NCBI GenBank assembly: GCA_900617105.1
Contig: UYFQ01000710.1
Span: 1-64,000 of the forward strand
Direction: 5' to 3'
From: Hydrurus foetidus
Lineage: Eukaryota
DNA: 64,000 nt
Shown: one piece after another, positions 38,481 to 50,989 of the stretch
Layout of the letters: the number at the start of each line of letters is the position of its first letter
Position numbering within the stretch: position 1 is the first letter of the stretch
Notes under the pieces: model-generated
Databases searched by the model: none
The model's input: the letters and a program-made list of their open reading frames with translations, nothing else
What the model was told of the DNA's origin: nothing
Program-made: the position numbers and the translations under genes

Positions 38481-39887
38481 ATGGATTCAGCAATAGAGGA
38501 GATTGACATTTTTTCTGGAGACGAAGTAGAGCCTCCTCTGAAGCGAAAAAAATTGATCGCATCAGTAGCTGCTGTTGTGACTGGAGTATTGATGGCCTTC
38601 TCGACGATTCCGATTGAGCCACCGAGAGTTGGAAATTGCAGAAACAGCAGGCCGGAGGCGTTACAGTATGTCAGATCATGGGATGATGACATGTTTCGAC
38701 GTCAATTCCGATTATGTCGGGAGGATTTTGGAATAGTGCTATCAAAAATAGATCCTCTGATCAGGAGAAACGAGGAGAAAGCGAAGAATAGTTCAGGTTC
38801 CTCCATTTGTCCTGAGATGCGGCTCATGATAACACTTAGAATCCTCGCCGGAGCAAAATATCTCGACATGATTTGGTACCGAGTTAGCGTCGACCATGTC
38901 CAAACTTACGTCATTGATTGTTTGATGGCAATAAACAACGTCATCGACAATATCAAAGTACCTGTAACAGATGCTCAGTGGAGAATCGAGTCTGAAAAGT
39001 TCAGGGAGACTTTGAGATGCAAGCATGGTTCCATGGGAGATGATATGCTCGGGGGAATATGCGGGGCAGGAGATGGCTTCGTGGTTCAAATTACCGAACC
39101 AACTGCTCAAGATTTGGGCGGGAAATCTTCCAAGAATTACATGAACAGGAAAGGATTTTTTGCTCTTCTTGTTCAAGCATTTTGTGGTGCCCACACCAAC
39201 TTCTGGTATTTTCGAATCGGTTGGCCTGGAGCAACAAACGACATCACCGCTTATAAACAAACTTCACTACACCAGAACTCAACTAACAAAGCCCTACCGA
39301 CGTCAATACCTTCATGGGTTTCATTTTTATTAGACGAGGCTTACAGTTCTGTAGGAGGATGTCATTTAACACCGTTTACCCAACATCAGTTAAGGAAGGC
39401 TTTCAACAGTCCTGATCACACCAAAACTGTCTATTTAAAAATGAGAACTTTTAATCATGTCCTATCTTCCCAGAGGATAACTATCGAGAGAGCGTTTGGA
39501 CAACTTGTTCGCAGATGGGGCATTCTTTGGTGCGCGAATAGCAGTAGATTGAAAAATGTATCCTTGATGATTCAGTGCTGCGCGAAATTACATAACATAT
39601 GCGTTGAGCGGTGGTTAGAAAGTGGAAGAAGAAACGGCTTTGATAATAACACTGAGTTAGAGGTAGTACCTGAACATGTCAATGTAGACATCCCGATTCC
39701 ACCAACCGATGAAGAAGTAAGAACTAGATTGAGCAACAGATATACAGGAATAGGTGTAAGAGCTGCTAACAACGATCTCAGATCATCAATGATGAACATG
39801 ATTTGGGATACAGGTCTACGGATTACTTGTGAAGCAGACTTAATTGGATTACCGTCTGTAGAAGAAGAAGAAATGGTCGATGATTAA
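38481..39887 (+). CDS. Harbinger/PIF DDE transposase (DDE_Tnp_4-like)
   Basis: FRRQFRL, LMITLRILA.G..Y, GAGDGFVV, YMNRKGFFALLVQA, GWPGATND, LLDEAYS, FNHVLSSQRITIERAFGQLVRRWGIL, CAKLHNIC. Confidence 0.95.
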   Translation: MDSAIEEIDIFSGDEVEPPLKRKKLIASVAAVVTGVLMAFSTIPIEPPRVGNCRNSRPEALQYVRSWDDDMFRRQFRLCREDFGIVLSKIDPLIRRNEEKAKNSSGSSICPEMRLMITLRILAGAKYLDMIWYRVSVDHVQTYVIDCLMAINNVIDNIKVPVTDAQWRIESEKFRETLRCKHGSMGDDMLGGICGAGDGFVVQITEPTAQDLGGKSSKNYMNRKGFFALLVQAFCGAHTNFWYFRIGWPGATNDITAYKQTSLHQNSTNKALPTSIPSWVSFLLDEAYSSVGGCHLTPFTQHQLRKAFNSPDHTKTVYLKMRTFNHVLSSQRITIERAFGQLVRRWGILWCANSSRLKNVSLMIQCCAKLHNICVERWLESGRRNGFDNNTELEVVPEHVNVDIPIPPTDEEVRTRLSNRYTGIGVRAANNDLRSSMMNMIWDTGLRITCEADLIGLPSVEEEEMVDD

Positions 39888-40198
39888 ACTACTTCAATAT
39901 TTTCGGTTTTATCATTACATTTTTTGTTATGTGTTCGTTTTCAGACTACTTTGTTATTGTGAGTACATTTTAATTACTATTAAGTATTCGTTTTGAGACT
40001 ACTTTGTTATTTTATCACCAAGTTATTTTTCTATTCAAATTTATACCTGTTAAGTTATTCTATCGCTACATTTTACTATTGTTATTTTGAGACTATGATA
40101 GGACTTAGGTTCGGCATTTAAATCAAATTATATGGTTATGCAAAATGAAAGTCAAAAATAGTGCAAACACATAACGATTCGGGAAACATAATAGTAGA

Positions 40199-41491
40199 TT
40201 ATATGTTATTACACTCTCTCAATGTAGTTGAATAGCTTCTCTTAAGCTGTCTCTGTAATTCAGGTGACAGTTCTTTAAATGATGGTGCTTCGATTGTTTC
40301 TCTTTGTCGTTTAAGTTTTACTTCCAGAGTTTGCTCGTTCTCTCTACTTAAATATGCTTGTGTTCTTGCAGTTGCCAACTCGCTTGATCCGGATTGATCT
40401 GATTGTAGACTTCCTAAGCTCTTTTGGATTACGTCACCGATCGTTGCCGCCACCTTCTCAAAATGCGCTCCTTTAGAAACCTTCCGCTCTGTAAGAGTCC
40501 TCTTGACAGATGATCCTGAAGCTTGTGATGACGCTGAGGATCTAGAGTACGGCTCTGGAGGAGTATCACCACCAGTTGCAACACCCTCAACTAAGTTATT
40601 CGACAAGAAGTTAAGGTCCTGATCCTTCCAACAGAGCCAAAGATAAAAATGATTTAGTTTGGCAGTCCTTTGATGATACTTACAAAACTCTAATGCGGTA
40701 CCATCCAATATTTCTCCGCTCTCCTGCGTCCCAGACTTGGAAAGATTAGCCTTCAGTATGTCGAATACATTTCTCATCTCAGTCATCAGTGATGCAAACT
40801 GCTCAATATCGATGAAACTGCCCTTCTCAGGATGGATGTGAATCAACGCTGGCCATCTACCACCAAAACAATTCCTCTCATTCGGAGCGACTTCCTCGGT
40901 GCATATTTTCAGTAGAGCTTGTAACTGAGAAAGCCTGTACCCTTTCATTCCATCAGTGAGCAAGAGGTTCTTTCCTTGTTGTGGTATCTTTGTAAAATAG
41001 TTCTCCAGTGCTTCTCGCGATATCGGGTGAATGTAAAACTCTGATAAAAGAGCCCATCTGTTGACCATGACCCCTTCACTTGGAACATCTACTGCCGCAG
41101 AAATAGGCGAAGCGTCGTAGGAGATGAGTAAATAATTCTTCAGGTCGTCGAATAGTTTCTTTCCATGCGTCTCTAACTTTAAACTCTTGATTATATCATG
41201 CAACAAATTTTTTGGTGCGACCTTCATACTCCCATAATTCAGGTCGGTAAACTCAACGGGCAGATTTCCCGATGCACTTAGAACTTTGATGAATCTATTG
41301 TATGTGTAACCCTGGCTTTTCGCATTCCTGCCTGGCGGGATAGCCTGAAGGCAAGCGAAAAATCCATCCCCATTGACAACAGCCTTAATTATTGTGGCGG
41401 GGTCATTGTTTTCATTGCTTTCATCTTCAACATCGACTTGGTCGAAGTTACGATCCGATTGGCTCTCTCCGGACAAAGGTGAAATGTCCAT
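40199..41491 (-). CDS. Harbinger ORF2, putative diverged Myb/SANT-trihelix DNA-binding partner
   Basis: 430-aa intact ORF inside the TIRs, convergent with the transposase and conserved in the second copy. The function is inferred from Harbinger architecture; the motif match is weak (EMRNVFDILKANLSKSG). Confidence 0.8.
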   Translation of the reverse strand: MDISPLSGESQSDRNFDQVDVEDESNENNDPATIIKAVVNGDGFFACLQAIPPGRNAKSQGYTYNRFIKVLSASGNLPVEFTDLNYGSMKVAPKNLLHDIIKSLKLETHGKKLFDDLKNYLLISYDASPISAAVDVPSEGVMVNRWALLSEFYIHPISREALENYFTKIPQQGKNLLLTDGMKGYRLSQLQALLKICTEEVAPNERNCFGGRWPALIHIHPEKGSFIDIEQFASLMTEMRNVFDILKANLSKSGTQESGEILDGTALEFCKYHQRTAKLNHFYLWLCWKDQDLNFLSNNLVEGVATGGDTPPEPYSRSSASSQASGSSVKRTLTERKVSKGAHFEKVAATIGDVIQKSLGSLQSDQSGSSELATARTQAYLSRENEQTLEVKLKRQRETIEAPSFKELSPELQRQLKRSYSTTLRECNNI

Positions 41492-41697
41492 GACGATGTC
41501 TTCTGTGTTGTAATTGTGACAGATGCAGTCAACTATTGTGTCTATTCGTCACGACGCCGAGGTTTTTGAAATTCTCGCAACGTAACCTCCGAATCCCAGG
41601 TTACGTTTTGAGGATTTCAAAAATCCTCATCGTCAGACTCCGAGGTTTACAGAAAACCTCGACGTTTTGAGGAATTTTTTTCCGTATGGAACGGCTG

Positions 41698-41899
41698 TTA
41701 CGGTGTCGGATTTCAGGGAAAGTTAGAATCGGATTTCGGTTTTTGAAATCCAATTCTGACTTTTTCGATTTCCGACGCGGAGATTGTCGAAAAATAGGCC
41801 GAATTTCCCACAATCTCCGCGTCGGAAATCGAAAAAGTCAGACTTGGATTTCAAAAACCGAAATCCGATTCTAACTTTCCCTGAAATCCGACACCGTAA
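41698..41899. repeat. ~200-bp foldback (arms ~90 bp) forming the right end of the Harbinger element
   Basis: 41698-41787 is the near-perfect reverse complement of 41810-41899. Confidence 0.92.
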
Positions 41900-42201
41900 G
41901 GACCGGCCTTATACAATAAATTTTCCTGGACGACTGTCATACTGACGTCTATAGAATATATTCCCTAAATTTTCTGCCGTTCCATACTGTCCCTGTCAGG
42001 TGGAACAACGATACTGTTAGCAGTGTAAGACGTCCTCTTGCGATTGCAATTCAGGAGATTTTCTGCCAAATATTCATAGAGAGAGGGGAGCGGTGGATTT
42101 TTTACCCACTTCAATATTCTTGCTCCCCTATTTACTGTCTATAGTGAGCTGCATCGGCATTTACTTCTGCATCCAGTTTGACGGGCAGCTAATTCAGAAA
42201 A

Positions 42202-44079
42202 ATGTCAGCTAGAAATCAGACAACTTGGAGTAGACGTCAACTAAAGGGATCAGAAGTAGACAGCAACGAACCCGAGGAAAGTTTGGTTGACTCATGCATA
42301 AGGAAAGGAGTGGAAGAAGATAAATGTGTCGTCGCGCAGTATAGAACAACATACAGACAAAAGTATGATTTCGAAAATTATTTGTCCACATGCAGCAAAG
42401 ATCACATTCCTATCGAATGGATTATTGACATTGCTGACGAAACCAATGGATGGTTCTATGGAACAGCTTATCATTTCAATGACAAAACGCACATGTTGCA
42501 TGTGATGGTACCTGATAAACAAAATCCAAGCTTTGACGGGGAAGTTTTACTGGATCATCGTACAGTGCATTTAATCGAATGTGTTGATGGAAAGACGGAT
42601 GCTCTCTTCAATAAAATAGTCAGAGACAGCGTCATGCGAGTCAAGTGGGATGTAGACTGGTTCGAAGAAGATCCCACAACTCCTGATAGTACTAGAGGTA
42701 GATGGATTTCCTCTTCAGCCCGGTAAGTGGTCATGAACTTCACGCGAGAGTGCTTTTTATGGTAGATAAAAGAGTGTATTCCTCTAAACGTCTGCATGTT
42801 CTGTTATCAACCCGTGAAATAGACGCTATTGATGACTTCATAGATCGTTAGTGCATATAAATTTGATGTTTAGTTGATATAAAATATTGTGTTTCTGACA
42901 GTCTCGCAAATACTGTTGCCATATTAAACAATAGGTACTACATTCGCATAGCGAACCAATTGTTAGTTGAAGATGACGATGAGGGAGAAGGAAAAGGATT
43001 CGTGATGCTTACAGCGGATATCAATGTCCGTCTCGTAAGATCCCTGAAGGAAAGAGGTGAGAGAGTGAGTACGTACGATATCATGCCAGTACGTCACCAT
43101 CAATCTTTAGAACTAGAAGATAGGAACAGAACATACACATGCATCTTGTAATGTTCCTCATTATTTTTTCTACCACTCTACTGCAATGTACGTTATTATC
43201 TACCATGATATGATATGATATGATATGATACGATATGTCATGCTATGATATGTCATGCTATGATATGATATGATATGATATGATATGATATGATGCGATG
43301 TAGCTCACCACAGTATACTTTATTTAAGAATATTTGAGTACGATATTCCATCCTTTACCCGACTACACTGTACTATGCTACACTGCACTGCACTGCACTG
43401 CTCTGCACTAAATTGCTCTGCACTAAATTGCACAACATTGTCTTGTGCAGGTCAAGAGGATTTCAATCGACTAGTCATAGACGGATCAGTGCTCAGCGCC
43501 CCAGACGTTCTCGCTGCGGCGCATCAGTCTATGGCAGAGATATCCGCAAGAGAAGGTGCGCTACATCTAACACATTGATTTAACATCTAATATAATGTAA
43601 TGAGATCTAATCTAATGGCACGAAATCAATTCGCACAATCCGTTCATTGTGCCATAGGCTCACTGTCAAAAAGTCAAAAAATATCCGAAAGTGAAAAATA
43701 CAATGGGGAAGAGATGACTATTAAGAAACTCGCTGAGATGTCAAAAGTTCTCAAGGATCGATTAGCCGATTTATTGGACGAGAAGGAGAAGACTTTTGTG
43801 CACAGATTGAAAATAGCGAAGTTGTTCCGATCCTTTTCTATGACAGGAGATCTAGACTCTGGCTTAAAATTACTCACAGATGCAGAGGAGTGCAACATGA
43901 AGGACGAGAAAAGGAGGAACTACGCACTGAATTTGGGGGAGAGACAGGAAAGAGATGAGTCGGACAGTAAGGCAGATGAAGCGTGGACCCTCGTACTAAA
44001 ACTAGAAAAAAGTGCCCAGCGGCTTTCGAGCGGTGAAGAGTTGAAATATCGAAGACGGAAGAGCGAATACAAATTATAG
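42202..44079 (+). CDS. Hypothetical multi-exon protein with a C-terminal coiled coil
   Basis: Exons ~42202-42722, ~42935-43065, ~43451-43555, ~43639-44079 with GT-AG boundaries and microsatellite introns. No family recognised. Confidence 0.65.
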
Positions 44080-44439
44080 AGAAGGGAAGGGTATGGAATG
44101 CAAGGGAGGAAAAGAGTGGAGAGTGAAGGAGATTAAGCGAAGAGGGTGACGGGAATGTGGATGATGATCTCGTTGGTGCGGAGCTGCTGGGTCAGCCTAT
44201 GCACCGGATTGGATTGATTGGGATAGTACTAGGAATTGTAGCTACAATGCATATGACATAATGTAATGTACGGTACAGAAGAATCACTAATGTGAAATAT
44301 GAAGAGCAAGAAACGCCAACGAAGTTCAGTTGAATCGAAACAACGCGACACGACATCACATCACATCACATCACAAGCAGATTTAGTGCACTGTCAGGAA
44401 AGAAGAAGGGAGGAGGAGGGAAGGAAGCAGTGAGTCAGT

Positions 44440-45731
44440 CATTTGTCAACCATAATATGACATGACAGTACATGGCACTAGTACATGGTTCCCTGTGCTC
44501 TTCTATTTCTGTCCTTTAATAGCCCATGCAGAAGCAAGGTCTTTAAATTAGTAAGAAGCTATCGACTCCTCCCTACGGTAGAACGTGCAGATCAACCGCT
44601 CCGGGGTTAAGGAAAAAGATCCAGTCGCCATCTCCTATTACTCTGACTCAACTCAAATGATTGTCATCTTGCGTTAGTCCGTGATGCCTGTGAGATGGAT
44701 TCTGCGGAATGTTCCCAAGAAGGAGTTTCTGCAAAATCTAAGGTCCCATGTACTGCAGAGAAGAGTAATACAGTGCATCAGTGAAGTGTGACGTCTTGCA
44801 GCACAATGCAGTACAGTGTGGTGTGGCATGGCACAGGATGGGACGGAGTGCGGCTGAGCTAAAGACAGTAACGGAGTAGGCGGGGATAGGACAGTGCTGA
44901 TTGGGGGGTCACAGTCACAGTACGTGCAGTACTTACGGTAGAGGCAACACGCTTACATGATGATATTATACAATGAATTATAATGAAAGGAAATCTCCAA
45001 ACTACTCCTCAAATATGCTCAAAGCTCTGACGAAAATAGGAAATATATTTGGCTTACATTTTATTATATTATAATAGCTTAGTGCGATATGTATATTTTG
45101 TTATATTATTATAGCTTAGTGCGATATGTACAACAGTCGATCTAATTGCCGAGGAAGGATGAATTAGTAGTTGACTGCTTCATATATATCGCTTTCTTTA
45201 CCTCTTAACTTTTTTTATTTCTTATCTATATATATATATTTTTTTTCTTAATTATTTTCTTTTACGATAATAACAAACTAATTAAATTATTCCTTATTGT
45301 TGAATAGAGTATGACGGAGCGGAATTTAATTCTGCCTCGCAATCTTGTATATTGTCGCTTACATTCATTTGAACGTTGTTTTGCATTTTTATCACCTTTG
45401 TAATTATAAATTTTTATACTTGCAAATATGTGTTCGTACTCTTCCGGCGGTGAAATTCTGTACATTTTTGCAGTCACATGCGGGATGTTGATGAGGCTAA
45501 TAAAGGCCAAAATGTCGTTTTGATTCGAAGGATTGAGTGTGGACTGCATTTTACAGCAATTCTGGAAGTTACTAACTGAGAACTGTCTTCACCGGTTTGA
45601 GGCAGTCGATGGCTCCTAACGAATTTAAAGACCTTGCTTCTGCATGGGCTATTAAAGGACACAAATAGAAGAGCACAGGGAACCATGTACTAGTGCCATG
45701 TACTGTCGTGTCATATCATGGTTGACAGATG
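44440..45731. repeat. ~130-bp inverted repeat pair (44440-~44570 and ~45599-45731) enclosing ~1 kb of non-coding DNA; possible non-autonomous TIR/foldback element
   Basis: catttgtcaaccataatatgacatgacagtacatggcactagtacatggttccctgtgctc... matches the reverse complement of 45599-45731 at roughly 90%. No TSD seen. Confidence 0.85.
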
Positions 45732-46098
45732 CTTGAAAGGGATAGTGGATAACATGAAGTACTTCAGATGCTGTAAACAACAAATTTGATCCGATTCCAG
45801 AATCCAGTCATGTTTTGTCATAACCAGTCTTACATCAGATCGATCAATAACTTATTACTCGTATGATAGATTAGTCTCACAACGAGTGCGAGCTTCGATC
45901 ATCTCGTACCAAATCCAGTCATCCTTAAAGTGGCTTGACTCTAAGTAGTGAGACTCTCGATCGCCAGGATTTAATTTGTATCCCCGAGCGATTGCAAGAT
46001 TAACTCATCGAAGATTAACTGGCATACCTGATCAGTCTAATCCTAATCGAATCAGATCTTTTATCAGTCCACATCAGTAATACAGAAACTTCGTTACT

Positions 46099-49000
46099 AT
46101 GGCTGGATCTAATGTAGCTGCTGTTCTTCAAAAGTATCTGCCAAAATTTGACGAAGAACTGCTGGACTACATTACTGCAATAGTTGAGGAGATGAGCTTG
46201 GATGAAAAAAGAAGTCATAATAGTCTGCACGAAGTCATGGGCCCTTTCATAGTAGACACAGGTACGAAATCTCATCCTCTCATTCTGGTGTACAGTCATT
46301 GCTTTTAAGCTGGAGATAAATTTACAGCGTGTTACTGGATGTTCACTATTTTGGTATCCTTCATTCTCAATGCTGGGCGGTTGCTGTAATGTCGAACAAG
46401 CTCACTAAGAAGTAAGATGTAGAAATGTCGAAGATATGTTATTCCTGCTTCTACACCTGTCAGCACAAGCCACAATAAAGTTGGTTCACTCGACCAACAG
46501 AAAGAGATTTTCGTTCACCCTCAATCGTTAGTACATTCAGATATCAAGAGTAAATCTATGTAGTTCCATAACATAAATATATGGCATTTTTGCTTTACTA
46601 GGATATGCTGATGACTCGGGGTCAGAGAAACTCTGCAAGGATATTTCAATCGCATTCGGAGGCAGTGGGTATAAGAACAATCCTATCAATGCTGTTGATG
46701 ATGCACCACTTCTCCTATCAGCACCAGTACGTATCAGCGATCATGCACCCGATTTTAAGAATCAGAAGAAGACCTATGGAGGGGCAGTGATAGCGGGTGC
46801 GGATGATGGGTCGGACCCCAATCCCTCCGGGGCCCTGGCTTCTAATTCTTTAATGGACGTGTCTGCCATTCCTACAACTCAAAAGCAGCTGAGAAAAATG
46901 CGAAAAGAGAACGAGGTGTTACAGAAGATATTGAAAGCAGAATCTCTCGCAAGAGCAGCAGCAGCGGCAGAGATGGCAGCAGCCAGAATGGCAGCAATCA
47001 AGGCGAGCAGATCAGCTGGCAGACAGGCGAATACAGGGGTCAATATTGAGAGGTTGAGTCTGCCGCACCCCTCAGGTACTGGTGATCTGCTGACAGACGC
47101 CACACTGGTACTTGCTCCTGGCCGGAGGTACGGCTTAGTTGGCCGAAATGGTGCGGGGAAGTCGACCCTCCTGCGTTGCTTAGCGAACTACAAAGTAGAG
47201 GGACTGATGCATTTGCGTATACTGCTGGTTGAGCAGCATGTGGAAGGAGACGAAGACACTGCACTGCAGTGGCTACTCAGGGCAGATGTAGAGAGAACGT
47301 CCTTGCTGGAAGATGAAGCGCGTCTGTCCGCATTCTTACACGGGTCAACCAACGACCCCCTCCCTGCAGACCTAAAGGGGGTCAATCTTGAAGTGGCCCT
47401 CTCTGAGTGCTTTGAACGTATGGATGCTATAGGGGTACACACAGCAGAGAACAGGGCCAGCAAGATTCTGTACGGTTTGGGGTTTGATGAGCACATGATC
47501 GCCAAGCCTACTTGCGATCTCTCAGGAGGGTGGGCGATGAGAGCGGCCTTGGGTGCCGCTCTGTTTGTCAAACCCAATCTACTTCTGCTAGGTATGTGAA
47601 CTTTGCTCTGCCATAAGAAGAGGCAGTATGACACACTAGACTAATCTTTATATTCCTCCCGTTTGTATAGTGTAATGTATGCGTAGATACATCCATTGAA
47701 TAGCGCATTTTCTATGTTCTGATTGAAGCAGTAGTGATCTGAAGTTTTTAAATATGCGTCTGTCCATGTTCATTGACTCTGCACGAAAACAGTCACTCAC
47801 TTTCACTCGCTACGTGACTGCTCTGCTACACTTTACTCTACTCTGAAACAGTCACTACACCTTCATCACTCACTCACTCACTCACTGAATCTAACCCACC
47901 CAAAGCAGCACTGCGTTGTACAGTACTGCACTGCATTGCAATGTACCGTTTCGCACTGTACTGTGCTGAAACGAAATGGATCGAACTTTACTACACTGTA
48001 TGAGCATCTCCCACACCAAACCAATCACCCACACTCCCCTTCCGTCCATCAGACGAGCCAACGAATCACTTGGACTTACACGCCTTGGTGTGGCTCGAGA
48101 ATTGGCTTGGTCAGTCTTTCGATGGCATGGCGATTGTGGTGAGTCACGACCAGTATTTCCTGAACAGCGTGTGCACGGACGTACTAGAACTCAGGAGCGC
48201 TCTCGCAGGTATCATGTTATGTGCTATAATGAGGTGTGGTGTGGTGTGATGTATTGTAATGTGATGTAGTATGATATTGTGTAGGGTGGTGTGATGTGAC
48301 ATGACGTGGTGTGTTGAATTGTCGCTGACTTCTTCTCTCTCTCTCTCTCTCTCTCTCGTTATCACGCACATACACACACACTCGTAGGTCAATTGAAGAC
48401 TTCGTTGGAACACTACTCTGGCGACTACCAAACCTACCAAAACACCCTTGCTGAAAAGAAGGTAGTGCAAGCGAGGGCAAGAGTAGCGTACGAGAAGGAA
48501 AAAGAAAAACTAAAGGAGTTCATCAGCAGAGAGGGAAAGAAGTACGACAACCCTGCGCACCAGAGTCAGAGAAAGATGAAGTTGAAGCAGTTGGAGTCTC
48601 TAGTGGAGGTGGAGAGTGTGGAAGAGGATTCCGAATTGGTCATGGTGTTTCCGAAGCCCTTTGGGGTATTCGACAGGTACGTACATACATTTGATATACG
48701 GCACATCTCACATCGCATACAATTACATCCATTCTGTCACCACCCATACTGTCAATATTCGTCACAATTCTGTCCTGCTCCTCTCTACTCTGCTCCATTC
48801 TCCCCCTTCACTCCCTGACTCCCTTTGATTGCGTTTCTCTTTTTTTCTCCTCGCCCAACCATACAATCATCAACTATTTCCTCCCTCTCACTTCTACCTT
48901 GTACGTACGTACTGCGCTGCTCTATCACGCATCCAGCAATGAAAAACTCGTGAGCATTTCAAAAGCGTCATTTGCATGGCCTGGGGAAAGCTCCCTTTTC

Positions 49001-50137
49001 TCTGACGTAGAGTTCAACGTATCCTCCAAAGCGAGATTCGCTCTCTTAGGAAAGAACGGATGCGGCAAGACTTCTCTACTAAATATCTTGATAGGGGATT
49101 CCGCACCCACAATTGGAACTGCTAGTAGACATCTAGGTACGTCATTGAATTTCATGACTTATCTACATTTTTGTTGAGTTAAATCTGCCTTATTCCCTAC
49201 GCTTTGGAGATCCTTTCCGAGAATTTATCTATGTAGTTCTGCGCAGTACTTATTGTTTGATTTTTGCTGTTACTGCACTGTGTGACTTGTGGTTGATATT
49301 GTGATATACCAGTGAGAGTCAATGCATGTCTGCAGTCCTCATCACGGTGATTGCTTTGGTCTGAAACTCAGCGCTTCCACTTACATTGCTCTGCACATAT
49401 CGAGTAACAGAAATCCTCCGTATTCATTCTCCCTCTCTTTCTCTATTCATCTATCTTCCCATGTATCTATCAATTTATGTACTGTTGCTCTGTAATCTTC
49501 CATCGTCTCTACTTTTTCTTACTAGCTGTTATCTATTCTCACTTCTTTCTCCTCTTCAGGATGTCGTGTGACGATGCTACAGCAACATCACTACAGAGGT
49601 GAACAGCTCGATCCCAATCTGTGTGCGCTTGACCACATTAAACGACTCCCTCAAGACGAGTCATCAGCAGTAGGACTGCACGATCCAGGAACGAGACAAG
49701 AAGAAACCTCCCAAAGGTCCTATTTGAGCAACTTCGGGATTAGGGGGGGACGGGCCATGATACCGGTGAAGTATCTGTCAGGGGGTCAGAGAATGAGGGT
49801 GGCTCTGTCGGTGGCATTGTTTAGAAGACCTGATTTGCTGATATTAGATGAGCCCACCAATCACCTTGACAGCGACACAGTGCGTGCATTGTGTGAAGCA
49901 CTAGAGACCTTTGAAGGCGCCATTATAGCCGTTAGCCACGATGAAGCGTTCGTCAACAGAGTCATCGCCACCGCCATCACAGGGGACAGGGCAGCTGTAG
50001 CAGCTGGCACTGCTCTGAGTGGGGAACTGTGGGTGATGAGCAAGAAGAAGGTGCAGCGCTTTGACGGCTCCTTTAGAGACTACAAGAAAGCGATTAGAAA
50101 AGTCGTGCTGTCCGGTGAAGATCACAAAGACGTCTAG
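46099..50137 (+). CDS. ABC-F family ATPase (ABCF3/GCN20-like), 6 exons
   Basis: N-terminal [13 protein letters not shown]1 [29 protein letters not shown]2 [34 protein letters not shown]; no TM domains. Confidence 0.93.
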
Positions 50138-50989
50138 TCGTACCGTAGGTACATGATTGTGGAAAAATCGTCTTGGACGTACATGCCGGAGACTGTGGAG
50201 ATCAGATGTATACTTTGCTCTGCTCCTATGTGATCACACGTACTACGCTGCGCAATACGTTGGAGTGCAATACGTTACAGTACAGTATTTACTGATCACA
50301 GACATTCCGTCTACTGTAGTTGCTTGCTGTCTTCTACGCACAACATTTTTGTAGCTGCTTCGCATCTACCTCTTAGACGATTCTTCATTTTATTTTATTT
50401 TGTATGTTGCACACTGTTCTATTTTGTCTTTAAGTTTTCATTTTTTCTAATCTTCATTTATTTATTGTAAATATGTCATGGTAGTATTCCATTTCACAAG
50501 ATCTGGAATTGCTCGCTGGTAATGTAGGAAAGTAAAAATAATCGTGGGTTAGATCAGACGATCCCTGGACAAAATAGGAGGGAAAGGTGGTGCAATCTTC
50601 AACATTTGGAGTAGGAGAGATAACTCTCGAGGTATGCCTCTGTCTACTTCATCGTTCATGATGTGGTTGTTACTGCACTCCAATGCATTTCATTGATGTA
50701 CCGGCACGAATCCTCGAGTGAAAATAGACGAGATAAACGATGAAGGTTTGTCGAATATCCTGCACGGACGTACGGACAGTACACACACTTCTGGATGAGC
50801 CGTTTCAACAATCCCAAATATATCCAGAATCGACAACGAACGCCATCGCATCTCGATCGATCTCGATCTCTCATCTCCGGCTCGGCTGTCCTACCACAGA
50901 TCAGATCATTCAATTCATATGATGTTAAATGTTGAACGAGTCTTCTAAAACCAGATAGTAATCGTCAGGAAGATCACGCCTCCCTGGGG

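Larger units (their letters stand above)
38191..41908 (+). mobile_element. PIF/Harbinger DNA transposon, apparently complete autonomous copy (3.7 kb)
   Basis: TIRs GGCCGGTCCTTA.../...TAAGGACCGGCC; TTA target-site duplication at 38188-38190 and 41909-41911; two convergent ORFs; subterminal AATCCTC and TCGGATTT repeats. Confidence 0.95.

Noticed and set aside
38047..38496. 149-aa ORF upstream of the transposase
   Set aside because: It spans the cargo-element TIR, the 41-bp spacer and the Harbinger TIR, so it is a chance frame.
35871..41908. Cargo element and Harbinger as one composite transposon
   Set aside because: Each has its own unrelated TIR pair, and the Harbinger has its own TTA TSD, so these are adjacent independent insertions.
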